IMG/VR virus record: IMGVR_UViG_3300001487_000106
Coordinates: 1 to 64,000 of that record
Length of the DNA stretch: 64,000 bases
From: a virus
Taxonomy: Duplodnaviria; Caudoviricetes
Direction: 5' to 3' (one strand)
Made by a program: the position numbers and the translations under genes. The notes beneath the pieces were generated by a model that was not told where the DNA came from, did no database searches, and saw nothing but the letters and a program-made list of their open reading frames with translations. Positions 10,595-19,169 of the stretch are shown here, piece by piece; the stretch's first letter is position 1; the number at the start of each line of letters is the position of its first letter.

Positions 10595-11884
10595 CTACAG
10601 ATATTTTTTTAACCTATTTTTATCACCAACAACGGATGATGATATGTTAAATTTTTTCATAGCTTTTATAATGTTTTGTGCAAGTTCTTCCTCATATTTA
10701 GGTTCTACTTTATTAAAAAATCTTATTGCAGCCATTACATGAGATTTATCATTTAAAGGATACTTACGTAATTCTGGAATACCGAATGTTTTTGTTTTGA
10801 GATTATTCCTTTTTTCTGATGTAAGGGTTGCTTCAGTCATTTCATCATCTGTACAGGCATTAACGAATTCATCGAGTGTCATACCATATTTCGTATTCCT
10901 AACAGTTGATATATAGAGCTCTGGGTACTTTCTTTTTTTATCCCAGCGTTTTTTAACTTCATTTTTAAGGTCATTTAAATTATCATATGGACCATGAATA
11001 CCCTTATTATTTCCCCATGCTGTTTCTAACCAGTAATATTTTTTCTTTTTTACATAATAGGAAAATGAGTGTGTCTCTCCACCCTTTCCACTCGAAGGAT
11101 CATACTCGATTACAAATAATCGCCCTGGATCAAGATGCATCTTTCTTAATGCATGGTATGTGAACTCTGATTGATCATGGCATGATCCTTTTCTAGTTTC
11201 ATATAATTCTTCAGGACTTTTCAGCTTAGTATAATTAGCATAAGATATATTTGATTTCATCCATTCGAATAATGCTTCCGGTGTCTTTATATTATGATAA
11301 ATAAATTTATCAACACCATCTTTGTACATAGATTCTACCACTATCTCATCACTTCCAACATGATTTTTCAAATACCACTTTAATGCTTCTCTATGTTCAT
11401 CTTTGAAAAATTGTAAACATTGCTTAATTGGATAGAATTTACCACTAAGAATAAATGAGTCCCTATCAACTTTTTTTATTTGACCTTTATACATAGATAC
11501 GTATGTTGCAACATATATATCAGTAATAGCACCATCCCAGATATGTTTATCGTCTCTTTCATCAGGTTTATTAATCTGCTTTATTTGAAATCCACTATTT
11601 TCAACGTCTGATATATTTAGTCTAGCTTCTTCTCTACATTCATTCTCTGCCTGTAAAGCATCATTGGAATCTTTTTCTTTTGAACCACCTGGTAAAAAAT
11701 ATTCACCATTAGGTTTTTTCTTAACGAAAACTTCTTTATTACCACGTACCACTATAGTTTCAACACGATTGCGATAAACATGATTATCAAAAGGAAATGT
11801 TATTAGTGCATTCCATGTTTTATTTTTATCATAAAAGCCACCATGCTCTTTAGCAAGCTTTCTACCTTTTTCTAAATTAGTCAT
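10595..11884 (-). CDS. Multidomain protein: NUDIX hydrolase + transglutaminase-like domain + small C-terminal phage domain
   Basis: NUDIX box PGGSKE...ECREEA; papain/TGase triad GSCHDQS...TH...WLE; C-terminal FGIPELRKYPLNDKSHV. Start moved to MTNLEK (RBS GAAGGTG). Confidence 0.75.
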   Translation of the reverse strand: MTNLEKGRKLAKEHGGFYDKNKTWNALITFPFDNHVYRNRVETIVVRGNKEVFVKKKPNGEYFLPGGSKEKDSNDALQAENECREEARLNISDVENSGFQIKQINKPDERDDKHIWDGAITDIYVATYVSMYKGQIKKVDRDSFILSGKFYPIKQCLQFFKDEHREALKWYLKNHVGSDEIVVESMYKDGVDKFIYHNIKTPEALFEWMKSNISYANYTKLKSPEELYETRKGSCHDQSEFTYHALRKMHLDPGRLFVIEYDPSSGKGGETHSFSYYVKKKKYYWLETAWGNNKGIHGPYDNLNDLKNEVKKRWDKKRKYPELYISTVRNTKYGMTLDEFVNACTDDEMTEATLTSEKRNNLKTKTFGIPELRKYPLNDKSHVMAAIRFFNKVEPKYEEELAQNIIKAMKKFNISSSVVGDKNRLKKYL

Positions 11885-11938
11885 TTTATCACCTTCTTGT
11901 ATTAAATTAGTTATTATAATGTGCATTATCTGAAAAAA

Positions 11939-11976
11939 ATAAAGGGTGCAACACACATGTGTGTTGCACCCTTTAT
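11939..11976. terminator. Terminator; perfect 38-bp palindrome
   Basis: ataaagggtgcaacacaca|tgtgtgttgcaccctttat. Confidence 0.8.
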
Positions 11977-11981
11977 GTCAC

Positions 11982-12575
11982 TTATAAATGAAGAACGAAT
12001 GCGATGGGCGTATTCTTATCGTTTAGCAATGCAAATGAATGAGTCCATCTTGCCGTCTGAATAAGCTTGTCAATATCACTATCAACTTCACTTACCTCAT
12101 CATTTTCATTAATCTGATATTTCTTTTTCATTAGATTAATGAAATCTGATACTGGTATATTAACACCAATTAATTCCTGAGTAGTCAGGTATGATACTAA
12201 TGGTTCTTCTATTCTTGCGTGATATTCTCTTTCAAGAGATGAATAATTAGACTTAGGTACAGTGAAATATACATAACGTACCTTTGACATATCGAATAAT
12301 CTATAATTGCACAGTAAAAGTGAATTATACTGTACAGCTATTCGATTCTTTACATTCGTACATATCGGATGATATGACGGTATTTTTGTTATTATTAAAG
12401 GATACATTTCAGACATTTTTGTACCCGAAGGATTGTCGTCTTCTGATTTCAAAACTTCATATTTGTTATTGTCATAATGTGTATAGTAGTTTATCACATC
12501 ATTGAATTTAACATACACAACCTTTTTTGTGTATGTCAATTTATCAAGTTTTTTTGTTTTTATAGGTTTTTTCAT
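11982..12575 (-). CDS. Hypothetical protein
   Basis: ORF with RBS GAAAGGA; last gene of a minus-strand early operon. Confidence 0.65.
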   Translation of the reverse strand: MKKPIKTKKLDKLTYTKKVVYVKFNDVINYYTHYDNNKYEVLKSEDDNPSGTKMSEMYPLIITKIPSYHPICTNVKNRIAVQYNSLLLCNYRLFDMSKVRYVYFTVPKSNYSSLEREYHARIEEPLVSYLTTQELIGVNIPVSDFINLMKKKYQINENDEVSEVDSDIDKLIQTARWTHSFALLNDKNTPIAFVLHL

Positions 12576-12599
12576 TGTTTTTTCATCCTTTCATTTTTT

Positions 12600-12752
12600 T
12601 TATAATTGATTTTCTATATAATCCTTTAAAGCATTTAATATATCATCAGTTGATGATATATTAACATATGTCACTCTTGCAGAATTTGGTGAACTTATAG
12701 CCAACTTACCGTCCTTCAGTGACATAGTCATGTCAAAATTATTTATATCCAT
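12600..12752 (-). CDS. Small hypothetical protein (50 aa)
   Basis: MDINNFDMTMSLKDGKLAISSPNSARVTYVNISSTDDILNALKDYIENQL; RBS GGAAGGTG; fills the gap in the operon. Confidence 0.6.
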   Translation of the reverse strand: MDINNFDMTMSLKDGKLAISSPNSARVTYVNISSTDDILNALKDYIENQL

Positions 12753-12758
12753 AAATTA

Positions 12759-13235
12759 TCACCTTCCAAATCTTGTATTATATATATAATAGTTCATATC
12801 TGATTCCATTTCTTTCAGATCTTTTAGACTAGGTGTGTATGAACCCTCATCTTTTGCTAAGTCCTCCATTAACATTATGACCTTACGTATTGATTTTAAA
12901 TCTTTTTTACTAATATCATATGTTTGAACAGTTCTTAACAAAATATCTTTAACAGTAATGAAATCATCAGTATATCCATCATCATACAATTCAAGTGTAT
13001 CAATATACTTTCTTTGGATAAAGGTTTCTTTATACCGTACTAGATATAGATCATCAAACTCTATCCGTTTATATGATTTTTTATTTTTCTCTTTATTAAT
13101 AGAGAGCCTCAAATCATCATATTTTTGTAATAGTAGTTCACAGTATTTTTGAACTACTCGCTTTTCACGATGAAAAGCAATAATTTCTTTTTCATTTTCA
13201 ATCACATAGTACATTATAAAACTTTTCCCCTGCAT
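12759..13235 (-). CDS. Hypothetical protein, possibly a distant member of the 16.7-19.1 kb paralog family
   Basis: IIAFHREKRVVQKY loosely resembles LYAYTDNKELAKQF. Confidence 0.6.
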   Translation of the reverse strand: MQGKSFIMYYVIENEKEIIAFHREKRVVQKYCELLLQKYDDLRLSINKEKNKKSYKRIEFDDLYLVRYKETFIQRKYIDTLELYDDGYTDDFITVKDILLRTVQTYDISKKDLKSIRKVIMLMEDLAKDEGSYTPSLKDLKEMESDMNYYIYNTRFGR

Positions 13236-13644
13236 ACTGTATCTCTATAAGGTCTATCTTTTCGACAGACATATGATCTATAAGATACTTACTGGCTTCG
13301 GTCTCTGTTAATCTACCATTATTTGCTACTGGAGATTTACAATAATCAAAACCATTTATTTTGAATTTAATTAATTCCTTATCATTGGATGCATTTTCGA
13401 TAAATTTATCAATAAATGATTCTACTGATTCATCATCAAAAAGTTCATCGCTGATTATTTCGATTTTAATATTTAAAATCTTTTCATCATTTTCAAGATG
13501 AATATATCCTTTTGTGAGTAATTGTTTCCATTGCTCATTGGTTATTTTAAACTCATCAGGTATATATTCATTAACTGATGTAAAGGTATCTAGTTTGGAT
13601 AGTGGCTGTTTAATTGTCAAGTCAATCCTTTTTTTCTTGTTCAT
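13198..13644 (-). CDS. Hypothetical protein, tandem paralog B
   Basis: Shares KQLLTKGYIHLENDEKI and CKSPVANNGRLTETEASKYL with 13656..14093. Confidence 0.75.
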   Translation of the reverse strand: MNKKKRIDLTIKQPLSKLDTFTSVNEYIPDEFKITNEQWKQLLTKGYIHLENDEKILNIKIEIISDELFDDESVESFIDKFIENASNDKELIKFKINGFDYCKSPVANNGRLTETEASKYLIDHMSVEKIDLIEIQYAGEKFYNVLCD

Positions 13645-13655
13645 TTCATCGCTTC

Positions 13656-14093
13656 CTATTCATTTGGATAACTAAGTTCAAAAGATATTACTTCTTGAGT
13701 CGACATAAAATCCATAAGATACTTACTGGCTTCAGTCTCTGTTAATCTACCATTATTTGCTACTGGAGATTTACAGTAATCGTAGCCATTTATTTTGAAC
13801 TCGTCTAACTCTTTATCATCTGATGCGTTATTGATAAAATTATCAATAAGCGCATCGATGCTTTCATCTCTCATAATATTATCATCCAAAAATTTTAGAT
13901 GTATATCTATGATCTTCTCATCATTTTCAAGATGAATATACCCTTTTGTGAGTAATTGTTTCTCCTGTTCGTTGGTTAATTCAAACTCAGCCAAATCATC
14001 GTATGACTTAATATCAAAAGTATTTATTTTTGATATCGGATGTTTGATATCAATCAATACTTTATCTTTTTCGGTATCGTTCATTGTTAACAC
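13656..14093 (-). CDS. Hypothetical protein, tandem paralog A
   Basis: Near-duplicate of 13198..13644; RBS AAAGGAG. Confidence 0.75.
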   Translation of the reverse strand: MLTMNDTEKDKVLIDIKHPISKINTFDIKSYDDLAEFELTNEQEKQLLTKGYIHLENDEKIIDIHLKFLDDNIMRDESIDALIDNFINNASDDKELDEFKINGYDYCKSPVANNGRLTETEASKYLMDFMSTQEVISFELSYPNE

Positions 14094-14097
14094 TCCT

Positions 14098-14532
14098 TTA
14101 TTTTATATTTAATGAACTCTGATAAATCTTCTGTAACTTCGAGAGTGTTTCAGGTTTAATATGAGTTTTAATAGGGTCGAATGATAAAATAGCAAGAATT
14201 AACGAAGCAATCAATCTTGCTATAATAATTACAATAGGACATATGTCCTTGAAAACATTTTCTATCCTATCAAGAAGATTGGTTCCTTCTATTCTCTGAA
14301 TCACTTCCTTTCGAGCTTCTATTCGTTCAAGCGAATTGTCAAAATAGTAAGGATCTTTCTTTATCTTCTTTCTCGCCTTCTTTCTAGCTTTCTCTTCAGC
14401 AAGATAAAGTTCCAACTGAAGCTCTTCAATTTCTGACATAATAGCATCGTATGTCATATTCAAAGTCTTATCAACCTCATTTATGATTGATATTGGCTTC
14501 TTATTTTCCTTCTTTTTCTTAGCTTTTGACAT
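14098..14532 (-). CDS. Hypothetical protein with basic coiled coil and hydrophobic helix
   Basis: RBS AGGAGG; PIVIIIARLIASLILAILSF; early-type motif at 14594-14603. Confidence 0.7.
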   Translation of the reverse strand: MSKAKKKKENKKPISIINEVDKTLNMTYDAIMSEIEELQLELYLAEEKARKKARKKIKKDPYYFDNSLERIEARKEVIQRIEGTNLLDRIENVFKDICPIVIIIARLIASLILAILSFDPIKTHIKPETLSKLQKIYQSSLNIK

Positions 14533-14637
14533 TTTAAAAACCTCCTAATTTAAATATATAAAATATATATCTGAAATATATTTTATCTTAAATATGATGT
14601 ATAAATTGAAGTTGAAAATTAAATTTTATTTTTTTAT

Positions 14638-14650
14638 AACATTCTATTAA
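14638..14650 (+). promoter_or_regulatory. Late-type phage promoter AACA-N6-TAA with no downstream ORF
   Basis: aaca ttctat taa immediately before the GGGGG/polypurine element. Confidence 0.6.
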
Positions 14651-14826
14651 GGGGGAACCCCTACCAGCTGGGGGAGCGAAAAGCGAGCCCACAAATGGGG
14701 GATAAAAAAAAATAAAAAAAAGAGAAAGAAAAAGGAAGAAAGAGAAAATAAAAAAGAAAAGAAAAAAAAAGAAAGAGAGAAAGATAAAAGAAAATAAATA
14801 AGATAAGAAAGAGAAAGGAAACCCCT
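14649..14826 (+). other. G-cluster plus ~120-nt polypurine tract (candidate non-coding transcript or origin)
   Basis: Three G5 runs (14651, 14670, 14697), then an almost pure A/G run 14702-14821, closed by CCCCT. Confidence 0.5.
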
Positions 14827-14954
14827 GAATAATTTAAAAAATAATGATTCGTATATGAACGATGATTTAATTTATCAGTCATCTTTCATAACATTTAAAT
14901 AAAAAATGAATTCACATTCTAGTCCTAGTCTCCTTTCAGAATATTATCTAAATC

Positions 14955-14995
14955 AATTGACTATTACGTATTTTATGCGTAATAGTCAATTTTTT
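14955..14995 (+). terminator. Intrinsic terminator
   Basis: aattgactattacgta...tgcgtaatagtcaatt followed by a T-run. Confidence 0.7.
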
Positions 14996-15065
14996 CTACA
15001 TATATTAATATAAAAATATATTAAAAAATGGGTCTATAGATTTTTAATTCTATAGACCCATTTTT

Positions 15066-16322
15066 TTAATTATTATCATCTAATACACGTCGTTCAAGTT
15101 CTTTCGATGAGGATAACAATACATCATAAATACTCTTTGATGTTGATTTGATTGAATTAATTATATAAAGTATCTCATTACTTAATGCTGAATTCATGTT
15201 ATAAATATGGCTATTTCTAATTGCAGTTTCATACTTCAATAAAGTTGAAGAAATGTCATTTAGAGAAATCTTCATACTAAATTTAATTGACGTATTTAAT
15301 GGAATAAATTTATATCTTGTAAGATTAGCCTCAGGTTTAGAAGATACTTCATCTTTCATTTTCTTTATATCTCCAAGTTTAGATGATAATCTCATACTAT
15401 ATTTATCTAATCCTTCCGGTATTATCATTTTAGCATCTTCTCTAAATAAAAGTTTCATATCCTGATGGTCTATGAAAAATACGTTAGGAAGAGCTACAAA
15501 CATCTCTAGGAACGCATAAAAACTGCAATTTATAACAAAATATAGATTTATTGATTTGTACATTAAACCACGTGCATCATCTATCACATCTAAAAATACA
15601 CTGGAAGTGTGTGATATATCTGTCTGTATATTATCTGTTTTATCACCAAAAAACGATATTGAACCTGTAGGAGATACAACATCTGATAATGATACAGAAG
15701 TTTTTTTATCATCGATAAAACTATAGAAATTATTATGAATGTACGAATCAACAACAGTATCAATTTTATTTACATATGATTGATAATAATTATAAAAATT
15801 ATTAACAAAGTTTGTAATTAATGAATTCTCAAGAACTTTATAATCTAGAATTTCAGGAGAAAAATCGCTGTTTGATTGATATCCAAATGTTTTCATAAAA
15901 AATACATCAGGCATCATACTAAAAATAGAGAATAACTGAGAACCAGATAACGACAAAATAATTCTCTTAGTTATACAGCCAGCTGTTAGGAAGTATTGAC
16001 CAATTGAATATTTTATATCAGCATCATGATTAATGCTGTTAGATAACGTTAAGATGTTATCTATAACTTGTTTATATTTATCGCCTAATGCTTCATTGTC
16101 ATAAAATGTCGCTACTGGAATAATTTCAGAGTTTGTAAAGACTTTAATGATAAACTCTTCAAATAAAGTCAGGTCATCAATGAAAAAAGTTATTGTGACA
16201 TGAGATAGTAATCTATTAATATTATCATATATTTTTTGATCATAATCTGGATTGTGCTTACCTATTGCAATAGCTTCATATAATTTGTCAATATTTGACA
16301 TTTCTACATTCTGTACAATCAT
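15066..16322 (-). CDS. Tandem degenerate ThyX-fold protein (catalytic motif absent)
   Basis: Two ThyX-like repeats: SHVTITFFIDD/YFLTAGCITKRIILSLS and SINLYFVINCS/RYKFIPLNTSIKFSMKIS...SNEI; no RHR-S-SxR motif. Confidence 0.4.
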   Translation of the reverse strand: MIVQNVEMSNIDKLYEAIAIGKHNPDYDQKIYDNINRLLSHVTITFFIDDLTLFEEFIIKVFTNSEIIPVATFYDNEALGDKYKQVIDNILTLSNSINHDADIKYSIGQYFLTAGCITKRIILSLSGSQLFSIFSMMPDVFFMKTFGYQSNSDFSPEILDYKVLENSLITNFVNNFYNYYQSYVNKIDTVVDSYIHNNFYSFIDDKKTSVSLSDVVSPTGSISFFGDKTDNIQTDISHTSSVFLDVIDDARGLMYKSINLYFVINCSFYAFLEMFVALPNVFFIDHQDMKLLFREDAKMIIPEGLDKYSMRLSSKLGDIKKMKDEVSSKPEANLTRYKFIPLNTSIKFSMKISLNDISSTLLKYETAIRNSHIYNMNSALSNEILYIINSIKSTSKSIYDVLLSSSKELERRVLDDNN

Positions 16323-16480
16323 TATTGATCTTCCTTTTCTTTAATTTTGTCACATGTTATTGTTCCATCTTCATATATAAGATGAGGACATTTATTACAT
16401 TTTTTAATAGAATCATCAGATTCTCCGAAATATGATTCAATTTCTGAATCATCATAGTTATTAAGACATTCATTATTCAT
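16322..16480 (-). CDS. Small Cys-rich protein (52 aa)
   Basis: MNNECL...KKCNKCPHLIYEDGTITCDK; RBS AAGGAGG; stop overlaps the next ATG (TAATG). Confidence 0.65.
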   Translation of the reverse strand: MNNECLNNYDDSEIESYFGESDDSIKKCNKCPHLIYEDGTITCDKIKEKEDQ

Positions 16481-16582
16481 AAAAAATCCTCCTTGTCAAT
16501 AGTTATATTAAAGTATATTGAATGAATTGTGAATTACTTATATATCATTTTCATATAATTTAGGTAAAGGATATGAAAATGT

Positions 16583-16789
16583 ATGAATAAATTTGATAAA
16601 GATATAAAAAATATAAAAGAATCGGTTGATGATCTTTTATTGCTTTCTGATTTTTTGATTTACAATTCATTAGATAAAAGTCCTAAGAAAATTAAAAAGA
16701 AATTGGAAAAGTTAAAGAAATATCTTGATGAAGAGGATTTCGAAAAATGTATGAATGAGGAGTGGTTATCAAAATATGAAAACTACTAA
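16583..16789 (+). CDS. Small hypothetical protein
   Basis: RBS AAAGGA; first gene after the early-type motif at 16539-16548. Confidence 0.65.
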   Translation: MNKFDKDIKNIKESVDDLLLLSDFLIYNSLDKSPKKIKKKLEKLKKYLDEEDFEKCMNEEWLSKYENY

Positions 16790-17321
16790 TAAATATAAGT
16801 ACTACTTATATTATCTATATGATGAAAATATAGATGATAATGTAGAATTATATGCATATACTGATAATAAAGAATTAGCAAAGCAATTCGAAAAAGAACG
16901 AGATATGAATTTATTTCATAAAAAGGTGATGAAATTTGACAGAAGTACTGTGAACAATTTAGTCAGATATAATCAGCCGAATAATCTGATGCTCATGAAC
17001 GGTTATACTAAGGATATAGATAATCCAGGTATACCTGTTCCTTTTTCATTAGTTGTCACGGAAGCTGAAGAACTGAGTTTAATTTCATCATACGATTCGT
17101 TTATCACATATGAAATATTTTCGATGGCACGTGTAAATCCATTTTGTTTTAACAAGAGAATTTTTAATGCTTTGAAGTATATTGATTATGTATATAGCTA
17201 TATGTATTGCTATGAACCTGAAAAAATAGAAGAATTATTTCCGAATGCACAATATGATTATGAATTTGATATATTTGGTGGGTTTATAAAGGCATTTGGA
17301 AAATATCTCAGAAAGGATTAA
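16776..17321 (+). CDS. Paralog family member 1
   Basis: LYAYTDNKELAKQFEKERDMN; RBS GAGGAG. Confidence 0.75.
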   Translation: MKTTNKYKYYLYYLYDENIDDNVELYAYTDNKELAKQFEKERDMNLFHKKVMKFDRSTVNNLVRYNQPNNLMLMNGYTKDIDNPGIPVPFSLVVTEAEELSLISSYDSFITYEIFSMARVNPFCFNKRIFNALKYIDYVYSYMYCYEPEKIEELFPNAQYDYEFDIFGGFIKAFGKYLRKD

Positions 17322-17322
17322 T

Positions 17323-17970
17323 ATGATAATTTATTGTATTTATGCCGCAGTGCCAAAAAAGGTTTTTATTGACTCAGTTTCTGGTGTTATACCAAATACT
17401 AAAGATTGGTCATATGATGATGAAACTGAAAAGTACACTGGGTTATATGCTTGGACAAAGAAAAAAAGTCTATTTATTGATTTCATGAATATTCGTTCAG
17501 GATGTAAATATTATATTCCGTTGAAAAAAGATTTTTCTAAAGATGAATATATGAAATTTAAGGAAGTATATTCAGAGTATAAACTTGGGTATTATGAATA
17601 TGATCGTGGTGATACATCTAAAGTATCATCAACTATATTTCCTTCAACACTATTTGAATTTTTACTTACTGATAGTGCTGAAGGATATGGTGAAATGTAC
17701 TATAATTATATGCCTGAAATAATGGTTGATTATTATCCATTTAATCAAGCATTGATTGATGCCCTTGATGCAATATCTTATACAACTGAATATGATCTTA
17801 TGGTTGGCGGTGATCCAGAATGTTTTACTGATGATGAGATAACTGAACGATCTGAATTTGCTGAATATAATAAATCTTATGGATTTACAGTATTTGGACG
17901 TAGATATTTTGATATTTGCGCTGATAAATTACAAATGTTAATTCAGTATATAAAATATATGATATATTGA
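17323..17970 (+). CDS. Paralog family member 2
   Basis: LYAWTKKKSLFIDFMNIR; RBS GAAAGGA. Confidence 0.75.
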   Translation: MIIYCIYAAVPKKVFIDSVSGVIPNTKDWSYDDETEKYTGLYAWTKKKSLFIDFMNIRSGCKYYIPLKKDFSKDEYMKFKEVYSEYKLGYYEYDRGDTSKVSSTIFPSTLFEFLLTDSAEGYGEMYYNYMPEIMVDYYPFNQALIDALDAISYTTEYDLMVGGDPECFTDDEITERSEFAEYNKSYGFTVFGRRYFDICADKLQMLIQYIKYMIY

Positions 17971-17981
17971 GAGGAAAACTA

Positions 17982-18611
17982 ATGAAAGTATACATGTTTT
18001 ATTTAGTTCATGAATTTCTTACAGAGACTTATTTTCCAGGTATCAGTAATGATAACGTTAAAAGAAATAATGACACATTTTATGCATTGTATGGATTCAC
18101 TAATGATAAATCTATTAGAAACAAATTCATCAATACTCGCAATATGAATATATTCTATTATAAGACGGAAAATATGAGTAAAGATGAATATGAATCATTT
18201 TCTGAAAAATACGATGATTATGTTATAAAATTCAGAGGGTATAAAACTAAGTTTATTAAAAATGACAAAATAGTCACTGATATCATATTAATTCTTAGTA
18301 CTGGAAAAGAATTCAATAAGGTATATTTTGATGGTATATCTTCATTACATCAAATATTTGATGAAGTCCACAAGAATTTATCATTAATCTCTCCAGATAT
18401 ATTTAATGATACAATATCTAATATATTAAAAAGAATATTTAATTATTATGATTTTATAGACTGGGTAAGACAAATGGATTCAATGCCCTTTTATTCATTC
18501 GAAATAAACTTATTTGCATTATATTTTCATGAATTTGAAAATACGTATAATATAGAAAGGATGTGCGATGCATGCATTTATGGCGATACATTAAAAAACC
18601 TACTGATGTAG
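17982..18611 (+). CDS. Paralog family member 3
   Basis: LYGFTNDKSIRNKFINTRNMN; RBS GAGAGGA. Confidence 0.75.
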   Translation: MKVYMFYLVHEFLTETYFPGISNDNVKRNNDTFYALYGFTNDKSIRNKFINTRNMNIFYYKTENMSKDEYESFSEKYDDYVIKFRGYKTKFIKNDKIVTDIILILSTGKEFNKVYFDGISSLHQIFDEVHKNLSLISPDIFNDTISNILKRIFNYYDFIDWVRQMDSMPFYSFEINLFALYFHEFENTYNIERMCDACIYGDTLKNLLM

Positions 18612-19132
18612 AATTAAAAGAGGACGACTTCCCTTCAATTAGTAAGTATAATCTATATGCATTAACTGTCGATAAGGAGTTGGCAAAGCGCTTTGAAAAA
18701 GAGCGTGATATGAATAGATTTATTAAGAGGGTTACTAAAGTTAGTAAAGAAGAATATGCAGAATTTGCTAATTCACATAGAGGTAAAGTGTTGACATTGC
18801 AAAAAATAAGAACTGTTGAAAATAGAAATACTAATTCACAGAGGATATTTGATGTTGAGTTATTAGTAACTCAGGATGAATATCAATTTGTTAAAGAACC
18901 TCAAATACCTATAAATGACGAAGGATGGTGGGCATCACTTGATACTTTTAAATTATTATTTAATAAAAAGATAATGAAAGCGCTTGAATATCTTGATTTC
19001 ATTGATGGATATAAATTATTCAACATGTGTGAGCAAATGACATATGAGGAATCTCTATATACTAAATTGTCTGACTGGAAATACGATGAACTCGCATATT
19101 TTATCGCCATATATGGCGATACGTTTAAATAA
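18563..19132 (+). CDS. Paralog family member 4
   Basis: LYALTVDKELAKRFEKERDMN. Confidence 0.75.
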   Translation: MRCMHLWRYIKKPTDVELKEDDFPSISKYNLYALTVDKELAKRFEKERDMNRFIKRVTKVSKEEYAEFANSHRGKVLTLQKIRTVENRNTNSQRIFDVELLVTQDEYQFVKEPQIPINDEGWWASLDTFKLLFNKKIMKALEYLDFIDGYKLFNMCEQMTYEESLYTKLSDWKYDELAYFIAIYGDTFK

Positions 19133-19169
19133 TAAACAGTCTACAATTTATTAAGTGAGGTGAGTTTGA

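Noticed and set aside
14661-14882. 73-aa Phe/Leu-rich minus-strand ORF resembling a membrane peptide
   Set aside because: By-product of the polypyrimidine strand; no RBS
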